Assembly: GCA_050298055.1 (NCBI GenBank)
Contig: JBNKTL010000005.1
Coordinates: 34,149 to 98,148 of the forward strand
From: Spirochaetota bacterium
GTDB lineage: Bacteria > Spirochaetota > UBA4802 > UBA5550
Direction of reading: 5' to 3'
DNA length: 64,000 nt
The first letter of the stretch is position 1. Every line of letters begins with the position of its first letter. Position numbers and translations under genes: made by a program. The notes beneath the pieces are model-generated. The model did no database searches and was not told the origin of the DNA. It saw only the letters and a list, made by a program, of their open reading frames with translations. Positions 47,940 through 59,300 of this stretch are shown here, piece by piece.

Positions 47940-49880
47940 ATGGCTGAAGCGAAAGTCAGAAGTGTTGACAGCGCTACTGTTAAAATGCTGGAAAAGGCCG
48001 AGAAAGACGGTTGCAATACCGCCTTTGATCGGGCAGAAGATATGAAACCCTGTCCTATCGGAGCAGTGGGAAGTTGCTGTAAGAACTGCGCCATGGGGCC
48101 CTGCCGTGTACCTTATAAAGAAGGTAAGGAGCAGAAAGTCGGTATTTGCGGTGCTACTCCCGCGACAATAGCTGCAAGAAATTTTGCAAGAATGATAGCT
48201 GCGGGATCGGCATCGCACTCAGACCACAGCAGGGACGTTGTTGAGGTCTTTATCCTTGCGGCTAAGGGAGAGATTCCCGGGTATGAGATAAAAGACGAGC
48301 ATAAACTTATTGCCATGGCAATGGACTATGAGATTGAAGTTGAAGGAAGAGAAATCAACGAGATAGCAATAGATCTCGGGGAGAAATGCCTTTCCCAGTT
48401 CGGCCAGCAGCATGGCGAACTACTGGGCTGTAATAAGGCCCCGGAAAAGAGAAAGGAAATATGGAGAGAAAAGGGTGTCTGGCCCCGGGGGATCGACCGC
48501 GAGGTTGTTGAGGTCATGCACAGGACCCATATCGGTGTTGACCAGGACTACAGGACCCTTATTCAGCAGGGAACGCGGACGGCTCTTGCTGACGGGTGGG
48601 GCGGTTCAATGATATCCACCGATCTCCAGGACATCATGTTCGGTGTTCCCACTCCGGTTTACAGTGAAATCAACCTGGGAGTCATCGAAGAGAAGAATGT
48701 GAACATAATCGTTAACGGCCACGAGCCCCTTATTTCCGAGATGATCATTGTTGCGTCACAGGACCCTGAAATGCTCGAACTGGCCAAGTCCAAGGGCGCT
48801 GAAGGGATCACGGTATCGGGAATGTGCTGTACGGGAAACGAGATCCTGCTCAGGCACGGTATTCCCCTGGCAGGGAACTTCCTGCAGCAGGAACTTGCCA
48901 TCGTTACCGGGGCTGTTGAAGCAATGATCGTTGATGTTCAGTGTATCATGCAGTCTCTTGCCAGTGTTTCAAAGTGTTACCACACCAAGCTGATAACAGT
49001 TTCTCCCAAGGGGAATATCGAAGGCGCGGAGAAGATCCTCTTCGATGATCATGATGCCCTCAATTCGGCAAAAAAGCTCATTACAGCGGCAATTGAGAAT
49101 TTCCCCAACAGGAAGAGCGAGGTGCTTATCCCCGATGAAAGGGCGCCTATGATTGCGGGTTTCAGTCATGAAACCATAGACTACCTTCTCGGCGGAATGT
49201 TCAGGGCATCATACAAACCTCTCAATGATAATATTATCAACGGGAGGATCCGGGGTATAGCCGGTGTTGTTGGGTGCAACAACGCGCGGTCGGTTCACGA
49301 TGACAAACACCTGAAGCTTATCAAGGAGCTCATCAAGAACGATGTGATCGTACTGACTACAGGATGCAGCGCCGCCGCGTGCGGTAAAGCAGGTCTTCTT
49401 ACCCCTGAAGCGGCACAGGAGTATGCCGGAGCAGGGCTTGCGGAGGTCTGTGAGACGGTGGGTATCCCCCCTGTGCTTCATATGGGTGCGTGTGTTGATA
49501 ACAGCCGGATACTCATAGCGGCAACAGCCGTTGTGAAGGAAGGCGGACTGGGTGATGATATCTGTGACCTTCCCGCAGCGGGAGCAGCTCCCGAGTGGAT
49601 GAGTGAAAAAGCTATCGCTATTGGCCAATACTTCGTGGGGTCGGGTGTTTACACGGTCTTCGGAACGGCATTCCCCACAACGGGGAGTAAAGAATTTACC
49701 GATTACCTTTTCAATGGTATTGAGAAAGATTTCGGTGGTAAATGGGATTTCGTGGAAGATCCTATTGAAATGGCGCAGAAGATGATAGCTCATATCGATA
49801 AGAAGCGAAAGGAACTTGGCATCGACAAGGCAAGGGAAAGGGTACTTATGGATATGGCAGACAGACGAGAACTGGCATAA
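47940..49880 (+). CDS. cooS: carbon monoxide dehydrogenase catalytic subunit (CooS/AcsA)
   Basis: Ni-CODH Cys-rich N-terminus (CPIGAVGSCCKNCAMGPC, ICGATPATIAARN), C-cluster ligands (HSDHS, GCNNARS, TTGCSA) and 646 aa length. Confidence 0.9.
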   Translation: MAEAKVRSVDSATVKMLEKAEKDGCNTAFDRAEDMKPCPIGAVGSCCKNCAMGPCRVPYKEGKEQKVGICGATPATIAARNFARMIAAGSASHSDHSRDVVEVFILAAKGEIPGYEIKDEHKLIAMAMDYEIEVEGREINEIAIDLGEKCLSQFGQQHGELLGCNKAPEKRKEIWREKGVWPRGIDREVVEVMHRTHIGVDQDYRTLIQQGTRTALADGWGGSMISTDLQDIMFGVPTPVYSEINLGVIEEKNVNIIVNGHEPLISEMIIVASQDPEMLELAKSKGAEGITVSGMCCTGNEILLRHGIPLAGNFLQQELAIVTGAVEAMIVDVQCIMQSLASVSKCYHTKLITVSPKGNIEGAEKILFDDHDALNSAKKLITAAIENFPNRKSEVLIPDERAPMIAGFSHETIDYLLGGMFRASYKPLNDNIINGRIRGIAGVVGCNNARSVHDDKHLKLIKELIKNDVIVLTTGCSAAACGKAGLLTPEAAQEYAGAGLAEVCETVGIPPVLHMGACVDNSRILIAATAVVKEGGLGDDICDLPAAGAAPEWMSEKAIAIGQYFVGSGVYTVFGTAFPTTGSKEFTDYLFNGIEKDFGGKWDFVEDPIEMAQKMIAHIDKKRKELGIDKARERVLMDMADRRELA

Positions 49881-49913
49881 GCCGGTTAAAAATACTAGAG
49901 AGGAGGCTAAAAA

Positions 49914-52118
49914 GTGTCTAAGATAATAGCTTCAGCAGCCATTAGAGGCGCACATAAGATAGTCGGCAGAGTCGATGACAAGATAAAAGAGGCCATAGAT
50001 AAATTCGGCCCAAACCAGGAAGTGGCGTTTCCCAATACAGGTTACTATCTTCCTATCATATACGGCATGACAGGGGAAAAGGTGGAGAAGCTCAGTGATA
50101 TGGAGAAGATCATCGGTATCACCAAAGATCTTCTTCCCGCCCCGGTAAGGGAGAAAACACATCTTCCCTACCTGGGACCTGTTCTCGATGCGGGTATGGC
50201 AACGTTCTTCGCGGAAGAAATGGAAGAAGCCATCAGGTATATTGAGGACCCGAAATGCTATGTCCCGGGTGAGGACCCTACGGATGAAAATATCTGGCTC
50301 GGTGCGGCGGATGACGTTATCATGAGGAAGAGGGGAGTTGAGTTCGTTGACGGAACAGCTCCCGGGTTTGCCGCCATTCTCGGCGGACCGGAAGATCCCG
50401 AAGTTGCGGAAAAGATCGCGTTAGAGCTCCAGGAGAAGAACCTCTATGTCTTCATGAGTGCTGATTCCGAGGGAAAAAAGATGTCGGAGCAGCTGGTTGA
50501 GAGGGGTGTCCAGATAGGATGGCCCACGCGGCTGGTATCCTTCGGACCCAATGTGGGTTCCGCGGTATTCTCTATCGGTTTCGCCACCCGTGCGGCCATG
50601 TCCTTCGGTGGAATTGATCCCGGTGATTACAGAAAGATCCTCATTTACAACAAGGACAGGGTTTACGCTTTTGCCATGACTTTCGGGTTTGTCAATGACG
50701 AGTGGTACGCCAACGGCGCCGGTTGTATCAACTGGGGATTTCCCGTTATTACGGACACGCCCACACCAGAGATCAATCCTACCGGTGTCTGTACATATGA
50801 ACATGTTGTGGCGAATATTCCTCACGAAGACATCGTACAGAAGTCCATCGAGGTCAGGGGACTGAAAGTTTCCATCACCAAGGTCCCCGTTCCTGTTTCT
50901 TACGGGCCTGCCTTTGAGGGTGAAAGGGTCCGGGGGGACGATATCTTCCTTGAAGCCGGCGGCGGAAGGACAACTGCCGTAGAACTTGTAACGTCCGCCG
51001 AGATGGACCAGGTGACAGACGGAGAGGTAAAGGTTGTGGGGCAGGATATTGGCGATCTCGAGGCCGGCGCGAAGATCCCCCTGGCGATCCTTGTTGAGAT
51101 CGCGGGAAGGCAGATGCAGCCTGACTTTGAGCCGATCCTTGAAAGACAGATCCACCACCTTATCAACTACGCCCAGGGAGTCATGCATATCGGGCAGAGG
51201 GACATTACGTGGATCAGGCTGAGCAAGAACGCCGTGGAGAAGGGATTTACCCTGAGACACCTGGGTGATATCCTTCATGCCAAGCTCCACCAGGACTTCG
51301 GCAATATCTTTGATAAGGCCCAGGTAACGATCTTTACCGATGAAGCGGAGGTCCAGAAGATCCTTGAAAAGGCCAGGGGGATATACAGGGTAAGGGACGA
51401 CAGGGTCGGAAGCATGACAGACGAGGACACGGATCCTTTCTATTCATGTACGCTCTGCCAGTCATTTGCTCCCAACCACGTATGTGTTGTTACCCCTGAA
51501 AGAACAGGGCTCTGCGGCGCGTACAACTGGCTCGACTGTAAAGCGTCATACGAGATAAATCCCACAGGGCCCAACCAGCCCATTCTCAAGGGTGAAACGC
51601 TTGACGCGGAGTACGGGAAGTGGTCAGGGACCGATGAGTTTGTACTCAAGGCATCAAGGGGAAATGTCCCCACCGTTGATGCGTACAGTATCATGAGAAA
51701 TCCCATGACCTCATGCGGGTGCTTCGAATGTATAGCGGCTGTTCTGCCCACATGCAACGGCATTATGACTGTTGACAGGGACACATCGGCTATGACCCCG
51801 TCGGGTATGAAGTTTACAACTCTTGCGGGAACTGTAGGGGGCGGTAACGTGACACCGGGATTCCTGGGACACAGTAAGCTCTATATTACAAGTAAGAAGT
51901 TTCTCAAGGCGGAGGGAGGACTTCAGCGGCTTGTCTGGATGCCAAAATCTCTTAAGGAGGAGATCCGGGAGAGGTTTGAGGTCCGCGCAAAGGAGATCGG
52001 GATCCCCGACCTTCTTGACAGGATCGCGGACGAGACCGTGGCATCAACCGAGGAAGAAGTCTACGCTTATATCAGCGAGAAAAAACATCCCGCTCTTGAG
52101 ATGGATTCACTCTTCTAG
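49914..52118 (+). CDS. acsB: acetyl-CoA synthase catalytic subunit AcsB
   Basis: 734 aa; A-cluster region SCGCFEC and overall AcsB/CdhC similarity. It follows cooS. Confidence 0.9.
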   Translation: MSKIIASAAIRGAHKIVGRVDDKIKEAIDKFGPNQEVAFPNTGYYLPIIYGMTGEKVEKLSDMEKIIGITKDLLPAPVREKTHLPYLGPVLDAGMATFFAEEMEEAIRYIEDPKCYVPGEDPTDENIWLGAADDVIMRKRGVEFVDGTAPGFAAILGGPEDPEVAEKIALELQEKNLYVFMSADSEGKKMSEQLVERGVQIGWPTRLVSFGPNVGSAVFSIGFATRAAMSFGGIDPGDYRKILIYNKDRVYAFAMTFGFVNDEWYANGAGCINWGFPVITDTPTPEINPTGVCTYEHVVANIPHEDIVQKSIEVRGLKVSITKVPVPVSYGPAFEGERVRGDDIFLEAGGGRTTAVELVTSAEMDQVTDGEVKVVGQDIGDLEAGAKIPLAILVEIAGRQMQPDFEPILERQIHHLINYAQGVMHIGQRDITWIRLSKNAVEKGFTLRHLGDILHAKLHQDFGNIFDKAQVTIFTDEAEVQKILEKARGIYRVRDDRVGSMTDEDTDPFYSCTLCQSFAPNHVCVVTPERTGLCGAYNWLDCKASYEINPTGPNQPILKGETLDAEYGKWSGTDEFVLKASRGNVPTVDAYSIMRNPMTSCGCFECIAAVLPTCNGIMTVDRDTSAMTPSGMKFTTLAGTVGGGNVTPGFLGHSKLYITSKKFLKAEGGLQRLVWMPKSLKEEIRERFEVRAKEIGIPDLLDRIADETVASTEEEVYAYISEKKHPALEMDSLF

Positions 52119-52237
52119 ATAATCAGGCAGTACCGGGGATGCCGGAAATTAAGGTATCCCCGGTATTGATAAAACCGTAGAGCGGTTATAATGAGAAAAA
52201 ATAGAAATAAAAGAGAAAAAAAGGAAGGAGATATTAA

Positions 52238-53587
52238 ATGGCACTTACAGGTATAGAAATCTTCAAGCTTTTACCCAAGACAAACTGCGGTGATTGCGGT
52301 GTTCCCACATGTCTCGCGTTTGCAATGAAACTCGCGGCCGGGCAGGCGGAACTTGCGTCATGCCCCCATGTTTCCGAAGAGTCAAAGGCCAAGCTTGATT
52401 CTGCGTCCGCTCCTCCCGTGTTGCCGGTGACAATCGGTACGGGTGACGGGGCATTCAAGACCGGTGGTGAAACGGTCATGTTCAGGCATGAAAAGACCTT
52501 TGTTAATCCCACGGGTATAGCTGTTCTTATAACGGATAAAATGAGCGATGCTGATGTGGAGAAGAGGTTAAAGAATTTTGTTGATCTCCAGTATGACCGC
52601 GTGGGCATGCTTCTGAAAGCCGATCTCATCGCCGTGAAGTCCGAAACCGGTGATGCGGGCGCTTTCGAGGCCCTTATTAATAAGGCCAAAGGGACGGCAA
52701 ATTGCGGACTTATCCTTATGAGCGATAATGCCGATGTCCTGGAGGCAGGGGTTAAGGCATGTGCTGAAACAAAGCCGCTTATTTATGCTGCCACAAAAGA
52801 TAATGTTGAGAAAGTCGGAAACATTGCAAAGGAGAACAAGTGTTCCGTTGCGGTGAAAGGCGCAAATCTTGACGAAGTTATCGAACTGACGGAAAAGCTG
52901 GCAGGCATGGGCCTTAAGGAGATCGTCATAGACTCCGGGGCACGTGAGAAGAAGCAGGCTTTCCGGGACCAGGTAGTCATAAGAAGGGCCGCAATAAAGA
53001 ACACCTTCAGGGCGCTGGGATATCCCACAATCACATTTCCCTGTGAAATGTCAGATGACTTAATGGAAGAAACACTTATCGCTTCCACCTTTATCGCCAA
53101 GTATGGGGGAATATGCGTCATGTCCGACCTTGAAGGTCACAGCCTCTTCCCGCTTCTGGTTGAGAGGATGAACATATTTACCGATCCTCAGAGACCCATG
53201 GCCACGGAAGAAGGAATTTATCCCATTAACAATCCCGATGAAAACTCACCGGTTCTTATCACCACAAATTTCTCTCTTACCTACTTTATTGTTTCCGGTG
53301 AGATTGAAGGAAGCAGGATGCCCTGCTGGCTTCTCATCATGGAAAACGAGGGGCTCTCGGTCCTCACGGCCTGGGCGGCAGGCAAGTTCGTAGCCGATGC
53401 CATTGCTCCCTTTGTGAAAAAGAGCGGAATTGCGGATAAGATCAAACATAAATCACTGGTGATACCGGGATACGCGGCGACAATCAGCGGGGAACTTGAA
53501 GAAGAACTCTCAGACTGGAAAATCGTGATCGGTCCCAGGGAAGCCGCTCATATTCCCGCGTTCCTTAAGGAATTCAAGCCGGAATAG
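52238..53587 (+). CDS. acsC: corrinoid iron-sulfur protein large subunit AcsC
   Basis: N-terminal CGDCGVPTCLAFAMKL [4Fe-4S] motif, TIM-barrel and B12-binding domains. 449 aa. Confidence 0.9.
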   Translation: MALTGIEIFKLLPKTNCGDCGVPTCLAFAMKLAAGQAELASCPHVSEESKAKLDSASAPPVLPVTIGTGDGAFKTGGETVMFRHEKTFVNPTGIAVLITDKMSDADVEKRLKNFVDLQYDRVGMLLKADLIAVKSETGDAGAFEALINKAKGTANCGLILMSDNADVLEAGVKACAETKPLIYAATKDNVEKVGNIAKENKCSVAVKGANLDEVIELTEKLAGMGLKEIVIDSGAREKKQAFRDQVVIRRAAIKNTFRALGYPTITFPCEMSDDLMEETLIASTFIAKYGGICVMSDLEGHSLFPLLVERMNIFTDPQRPMATEEGIYPINNPDENSPVLITTNFSLTYFIVSGEIEGSRMPCWLLIMENEGLSVLTAWAAGKFVADAIAPFVKKSGIADKIKHKSLVIPGYAATISGELEEELSDWKIVIGPREAAHIPAFLKEFKPE

Positions 53588-53615
53588 TCTATTAGAGTAT
53601 TACAGAAGGAGGAAA

Positions 53616-54506
53616 TTGATGTCAAAATTTATTCGTATTGGTGAAAACTTAAACGTCATGTCCAAGGTTCTCGGGCCGGCTATGAAAGAGAGAAATCCCG
53701 GCCCTATCCAGGAGATGGTTAAAAAAGAAGCTGAAAAGGGTGTGGATTATATCGATCTGAATATCGGCCCCGCGCGGAAAGAGGGTGATAAGCTCATGGA
53801 CTGGGTGGTCAATACTGTCCAGGAAGTTACGGATATTCCCCTTTCGCTGGATACAACAAGCCTTGTTGCCATGGAAGCGGGTCTGAAAGCGGCAAAGAAC
53901 AAACCGCTTATCAACTCTGTGACCATGCAGTCTGACAGGCTTGTTCCCGGGCTGGAACTTGCGGCGAAGTACAATGCCGATGTTGTTGCCGTGCTCTGGA
54001 GCGACCAGGGAATGCCCCGGGACACCAACGAGCGCGCAATGCACGTGGTTGATTTCTCTACAAAGGCGGCGGAACTGGGGGTCCCCCTGGAAAATATATG
54101 GTTTGATCCCATTGTCTCGCCAATCAGTGTTGAGGTAAACCAGGTCAAGGCATGTGTTGAGTGTATGGGAATGCTTGCCGATATTGCTCCCGGCTCAAAA
54201 TCAACCGTGGGCCTTTCAAACGTATCCAACGGTGTTCCCGAGGAGCTTCGGCCATGGCTGAATATTACCTATTTGATCATGTTGATGAAAAACGGTCTCT
54301 ATTCTGCCATCGTTGACGCTTTTGATGATGAAATGACTGCATTTGTATCAGGAGAGAAACAGAACATTGTGGATCTCGTGAACAGAATGACAGATGGTGA
54401 AAAAGTTGATATAAATTCACTGAGCGATGTAGAGAAGAAATTTGCCAAGACAGTGAAGGTGCTCACAGGTGAGACTCTCTTCTCTGATTCATGGCTTGAG
54501 GTTTAA
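53616..54506 (+). CDS. acsE: methyltetrahydrofolate:corrinoid iron-sulfur protein methyltransferase AcsE
   Basis: Pterin-binding fold with IGENLNVMSK, LDLNIGP-like, LINSVT and GLSNVS motifs, collinear with Moorella AcsE. Confidence 0.85.
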   Translation: MMSKFIRIGENLNVMSKVLGPAMKERNPGPIQEMVKKEAEKGVDYIDLNIGPARKEGDKLMDWVVNTVQEVTDIPLSLDTTSLVAMEAGLKAAKNKPLINSVTMQSDRLVPGLELAAKYNADVVAVLWSDQGMPRDTNERAMHVVDFSTKAAELGVPLENIWFDPIVSPISVEVNQVKACVECMGMLADIAPGSKSTVGLSNVSNGVPEELRPWLNITYLIMLMKNGLYSAIVDAFDDEMTAFVSGEKQNIVDLVNRMTDGEKVDINSLSDVEKKFAKTVKVLTGETLFSDSWLEV

Positions 54507-54658
54507 TGAACCTGTAGTGTTAAAGATAACGCCTCCGGCCCATCCGTGCCGGGGGCGTATGATATAACTGTTATTATACATAAAAAAGATTTCTGTTATA
54601 ATTTATTTTTCCCTCAAAAAAATAATACTCTCAGTAAATTAGTAGGAGAGGATTCACT

Positions 54659-55315
54659 ATGACGACAATAACCGAAGAGATTAAAAAGGAAGAAAAAGCC
54701 GAAGGTGCCGTTAAACCGGATACGGCGGAGAGGCCCCGGGCAAAATATACCTACAGGCTGAATGAGTACAGATCCTTTGCCGGTGAGATTGCCGGTGCCA
54801 GCGGTGAGCCCATAAACAGCTGCTACCAGTGTAAGAAGTGTTCCAACGGCTGTCCCGTTACCTATGCCATGGACTACCAGCCGCACCAGGTAATAAAGAT
54901 GATGCAGCTGGGACTTGAGGAAAAGGTCCTTTCATCAAAGACCCTGTGGCTCTGTGCCGCCTGTGAAACATGCGGGACGCGGTGTCCCAATGAGATAAAG
55001 CTCGCGGAGATGTTCGATGTCCTCAAACAAAAGGCGGAAAAGTCCGGGTACCGGGTAGGGCATAAAGAAGCTTCCGTATTACACAAAGTCTTTCTCTCTT
55101 CGGTTAAGAAATACGGGCGGGTCCATGAAGTGGGAATGATGAGGCAGTTCATGCTGAAATCAGGAGGGCTCATGGGGAAGTTGTTCAGCGGGGCCCTTTT
55201 CAAAGACGCGATCCTGGGCCTGAAATTTTTCAAGAGGGGCAAACTCTCCCTGTCTGCCCACAGGATCAAGGGTGTGGATGAAGTAAAAAAAATCTTAAAA
55301 GGGGTAGGGAAATAG
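54659..55315 (+). CDS. hdrC: heterodisulfide reductase subunit C-like protein
   Basis: Two CxxCxxC(G)xxP ferredoxin-like motifs (CYQCKKCSNGCP, CAACETCGTRCP) in a 218-aa protein followed by hdrB. Confidence 0.8.
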   Translation: MTTITEEIKKEEKAEGAVKPDTAERPRAKYTYRLNEYRSFAGEIAGASGEPINSCYQCKKCSNGCPVTYAMDYQPHQVIKMMQLGLEEKVLSSKTLWLCAACETCGTRCPNEIKLAEMFDVLKQKAEKSGYRVGHKEASVLHKVFLSSVKKYGRVHEVGMMRQFMLKSGGLMGKLFSGALFKDAILGLKFFKRGKLSLSAHRIKGVDEVKKILKGVGK

Positions 55316-55316
55316 T

Positions 55317-56171
55317 ATGAAAGCTTCTTATTATCCCGGCTGTTCCCTGCACGGAACGGGACTGGAATATGGCGAATCAACAGAGACAGTGTTTAAAGCT
55401 CTCGGAGCGGATCTTGTTGAAATAGATGACTGGAACTGCTGCGGCGCGTCATCGGGCCACAGTGCCGGTAAGAAAATTGCCGTTGAACTGGCGGGAAGAA
55501 ATCTTATGCAGGCTGAAAAGAACGGCTTAAAGGACATGGTGGTCCCCTGTTCCGCGTGCTACCAGAGAACAAAGGTGGCCGAGAATGAAATTGAGAAAGA
55601 CCCGGAATCTTTCCCCGAAGTGAAATATAACGGTGAACTGAAGGTATGGGACATTCTCTCATTCCTCAAAGAAGAAGTGGGATTCGATGCCATAAAATCA
55701 AGGGTACAGAAAAAACTGGAAGGCCTCAGGGCTGTCTGTTACTACGGCTGCCTTACCATGAGGCACCCGGAAATTACGGGAGCAAAGGAATATGAAAATC
55801 CAACGAATATGGAGAAGCTCCTCTCTGTTCTCGGTGTGGAGGTGATAGAGTGGTCCTACAAGACAGACTGCTGCGGGGGCGGACTGGTGCTTTCGAGCCC
55901 GGATGTTGTTTTTGACCTCACCGGGAAGCTTTTTACAAAGGCCCGGGAAGCGGGTGCCCAGTGCCTTGTGACAATATGCCCTCTCTGCCAGGGAAACCTT
56001 GACCAGAGACAGGGCGACGCGGGAGCAAAGCTTAAAACAAAGTTTGATCTTCCGGTGTTCTATATTACCGAGTTGATCGGTCTCGCCCTGGGAGAGAAGG
56101 AGACGGAAAAGTGGCTTAAAAGGCACTTTGTTGACCCTGTAAGACTTCTAAAGTCAAAGGGTCTTTTGTGA
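55317..56171 (+). CDS. hdrB: heterodisulfide reductase subunit B-like protein (two CCG domains)
   Basis: CxxCCGxxxxxxxxxxC...CxxC patterns twice (NCCGASSGH..., DCCGGGLV...). 284 aa. Confidence 0.85.
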   Translation: MKASYYPGCSLHGTGLEYGESTETVFKALGADLVEIDDWNCCGASSGHSAGKKIAVELAGRNLMQAEKNGLKDMVVPCSACYQRTKVAENEIEKDPESFPEVKYNGELKVWDILSFLKEEVGFDAIKSRVQKKLEGLRAVCYYGCLTMRHPEITGAKEYENPTNMEKLLSVLGVEVIEWSYKTDCCGGGLVLSSPDVVFDLTGKLFTKAREAGAQCLVTICPLCQGNLDQRQGDAGAKLKTKFDLPVFYITELIGLALGEKETEKWLKRHFVDPVRLLKSKGLL

Positions 56172-56194
56172 AGGAATAATGAGCTATTTATGAA

Positions 56195-56266
56195 GCCCCT
56201 AACCCCCGGAGGGGGCATAAGAGAGTGTTTGAAAATATCTTGCGCCCCCTGAGGGGGCTGGGGGGA
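56195..56266. repeat. bipartite GC-rich intergenic repeat, family G copy 2
   Basis: GCCCCTAACCCCCGGAGGGGGCATAAGAGAG ... GCCCCCTGAGGGGGCTGGGGGGA. This is near-identical to 18383..18454, except the second hairpin loop is inverted (TGA vs TCA). Confidence 0.65.
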
Positions 56267-56313
56267 TATGCAGCAGTGTATTTGCATAAATAATTTTAAT
56301 CAGGACAATAACT

Positions 56314-59300
56314 ATGACTGAAAAAGATAATGTTGTTCAACTGAATGAGAAGACAGGACCGGGGTCCGGTGTAGGGGCTGTTATGGTGGTCGGCAGCGGT
56401 ATTGCGGGGATGCAGGCAGCCCTTGATCTTGCTAACAGCGGTTTTAAGGTCTACCTCATTGAGAGGGACACGGCAATAGGGGGAAAGATGTCGCAGCTTG
56501 ACAAAACATTCCCAACAAACGACTGCGCAATGTGTGTTATCTCTCCCAAGTTGATTGAAGTTGATAAGAACATTAATATAGATATTATCACAAACTCCGA
56601 GGTCATGGCTGTCGAGGGAAGTGTGGGAGAATTCGAAATTACCGTGAGGGAACACGCGCGGTATGTAGACCTTGACAAGTGTACATCATGCGGCGACTGT
56701 CTTAAGGTCTGTCCCATATCCCTGCCCAACGACTACAACCTCAACCTCAATGAGAAAAACGCCATATACAAAAGATACCCCCAGGGCATCCCCAATGGCT
56801 ATGCCATTGAAAAGGCGGACAGGGCCCCCTGCGGTCTCACCTGTCCCACGGGGATAAACGTGCAGGGGTATGTTGCCCTTGTGGGAGACGGGAAGTTCCG
56901 GGAGGCGTATGATCTCATTACCGAAAGGAACCCTTTCCCCTCTGTATGCGGGCGTGTCTGCCACCATCCCTGTGAGGGAGAGTGTAACAGGGGGGATATT
57001 GACGAACCTGTTGCCATCAACAACCTCAAGAGGTTTACCTCTGACTGGGTAAGAAAGAAGAGGAAAGAGGAAGGATACCAGGTTGAGAAACCGGAAATTG
57101 ATTCCGGTAAGAAGAAGGTCGCCATCGTGGGCGGCGGGCCGGCAGGTCTTACCGCGGCCAGGGACCTTGTTCTCGCGGGATACCCGGTTACTGTTTTTGA
57201 GGCCCGGGAGAAACTGGGCGGCGCAATGAGATACAGTATTCCCCGGTACAGGCTTCCCGAAGAGATGCTCGACTGGGACATTAAAAATATCATCGAACTG
57301 GGGATCGAGGTTAAAACGGAAACGGCACTGGGAAAGGACTTTACCGTTGAGAGCCTCATGCAGGGAGAATTTGGGGCCGTATTTCTCGGTATAGGAGCGC
57401 GGCTGGGAAGCTCATCACGGGCGAAGGGTGAAGAACTGGAAGGCGTCATGCAGGGGATCGATTTTCTCCTGGATGTAAGCCGGGGAAAGGACGTGGATGT
57501 GAAGGGCGGTGATGTCTTTGTTATCGGCGGAGGTAACACGGCCATCGATGCTTCCCGGACAGCACTCCGGCTGGGGGCCAAAAGCGTCACCATCGTCTAC
57601 AGGAGGACCGAGGCTGAGATGCCCGCCCAGGACGAGGAGATCGAGGACGCGAAGGAAGAGGGGATCAGGATCGAGGTTCTCAATGCCCCTGTTGAATATA
57701 TCGGCGAAAACGGCAGGCTGAAGAAGGTCAGGCTCCAGAAGATGGAGCTGGGAGAACCGGACGAGAGCGGCCGGAGAAGACCGGTGCCCGTTGAAGGAAG
57801 TGAATATGAAGTTGATGTTGATTATGTTATTGCCGCCATCGGGCAAAATGTTGATACGGACTGCCTCGACGGCGTGAATACCTCCCGGTGGGGGACCATA
57901 GAAGCGGATGAACTGCTTTTGACCACTAACAGGGAGGGAGTGTTTGCCGGCGGAGACGCCGTTACGGGACCTGCGTCTGTTGTTGAAGCCATCAACCAGG
58001 GACATGAGGCAGCCGAGAGCATCATGAGATTTCTTGAAGGCAGGGACATTGCCCGGGGCCGGGAAAAGCCGGAACAGGAAATGGCCAAAGTCCCGGAGAA
58101 CAGGCCTTACTACAGCAGGGAGAGGTATGAGGCCGGGAAGATCCCCGTTGAAGAGAGAAGGGGGAACTACAATGAAGTGGAACAGACATTTACCGAGGAG
58201 ATGGCGGTGGATGAGGCCAAACGATGTGTTGCCTGCGGCATCTGCTGCGAGTGTTTCCAGTGTGTTATTGCCTGCCTTCCCGGGGCGGTGAACCACGACC
58301 AGGAGACCGTTGACGTAAAATACAAGGTGGGGTCCCTTGTCCTTGCACCCGGATTTGATCTCTTTGACGCTTATAAGAAGCCGGAATACGGATACGGAAG
58401 GTACCGGAACGTCATTACCTCCATGGAGATGGAGAGGACATTCAGCGCGTCCGGGCCGTACCAGGGGCATGTGAAACGGCCCTCTGACAAGACCCTGCCG
58501 CCGAGAATTGCCTGGCTGCAGTGTGTGGGATCAAGAGACGCGTCCATCGGCCGGGAATACTGTTCATCGGTCTGCTGTACCTATGCCACAAAGCAGGCCA
58601 CTCTTGCCAGGGACCACTACAGGGAGAAGGTCAGTGCCACGATTTTTCTCAACGATTTAAGAACATTCGGAAAGGGTTTCGAGCGCTACTACAACAACGC
58701 CGTGGAGAAGTATGGTGTGAGATATGTAAAGAGCTTTATCTCCACCATTAAGGAAGTCCCTGAAACGAAGAACCTTTTGATAACGTATATAAATGAAGAG
58801 GGTAAGCTCACCGAGGAGGAGTTTGACCTTGTTGTCCTCTCCATGGGGCTTGTTCCCTCGAAGACATCCCGGGATCTCGCGGAGAGACTGGAGATCGGGC
58901 TGAACAAGTACGGATTTGTTGAACCGCAGCCCATGAAGCCGGGAGAAACATCCCGGGAGGGGATATTCGTGGCAGGGGCCTTTGAGGCGCCCAAGGACAT
59001 CCCGGAATCGGTCATGAGCGCCAGCAGTGCCGCGGCACTTTCAACGGAGTTTCTCTCAAAGTCCCGGGGTTCCATGGTAACCGGTAAGGAGTACCCCCCG
59101 GAGAAGAAGATAGGCCCTGAAGACGAACCGAGGATAGGGGTGTTTGTCTGTCACTGCGGAGTGAACATAGCGGGTGTTGTTGATGTCCCCAATGTAGTGG
59201 ATTATGCCAAAACAATACCCAATGTGGTGCATGTTGAGAACAACCTCTTCACCTGCTCAAGCGATACCCAGGAGCATCTGAAAGAGGTCATTGAAGAACA

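Noticed and set aside
57415-58470. 351-aa minus-strand ORF inside hdrL (similar long antisense ORFs occur at 17062..17715, 15127..16011, 14208..14876, 25638..26381, 50421..51290 and 5296..5841)
   Set aside because: Each is entirely antisense to a confidently identified gene, has Arg/Pro/Gly-rich low-complexity translation typical of GC-rich antisense frames, and lacks RBS or family resemblance.
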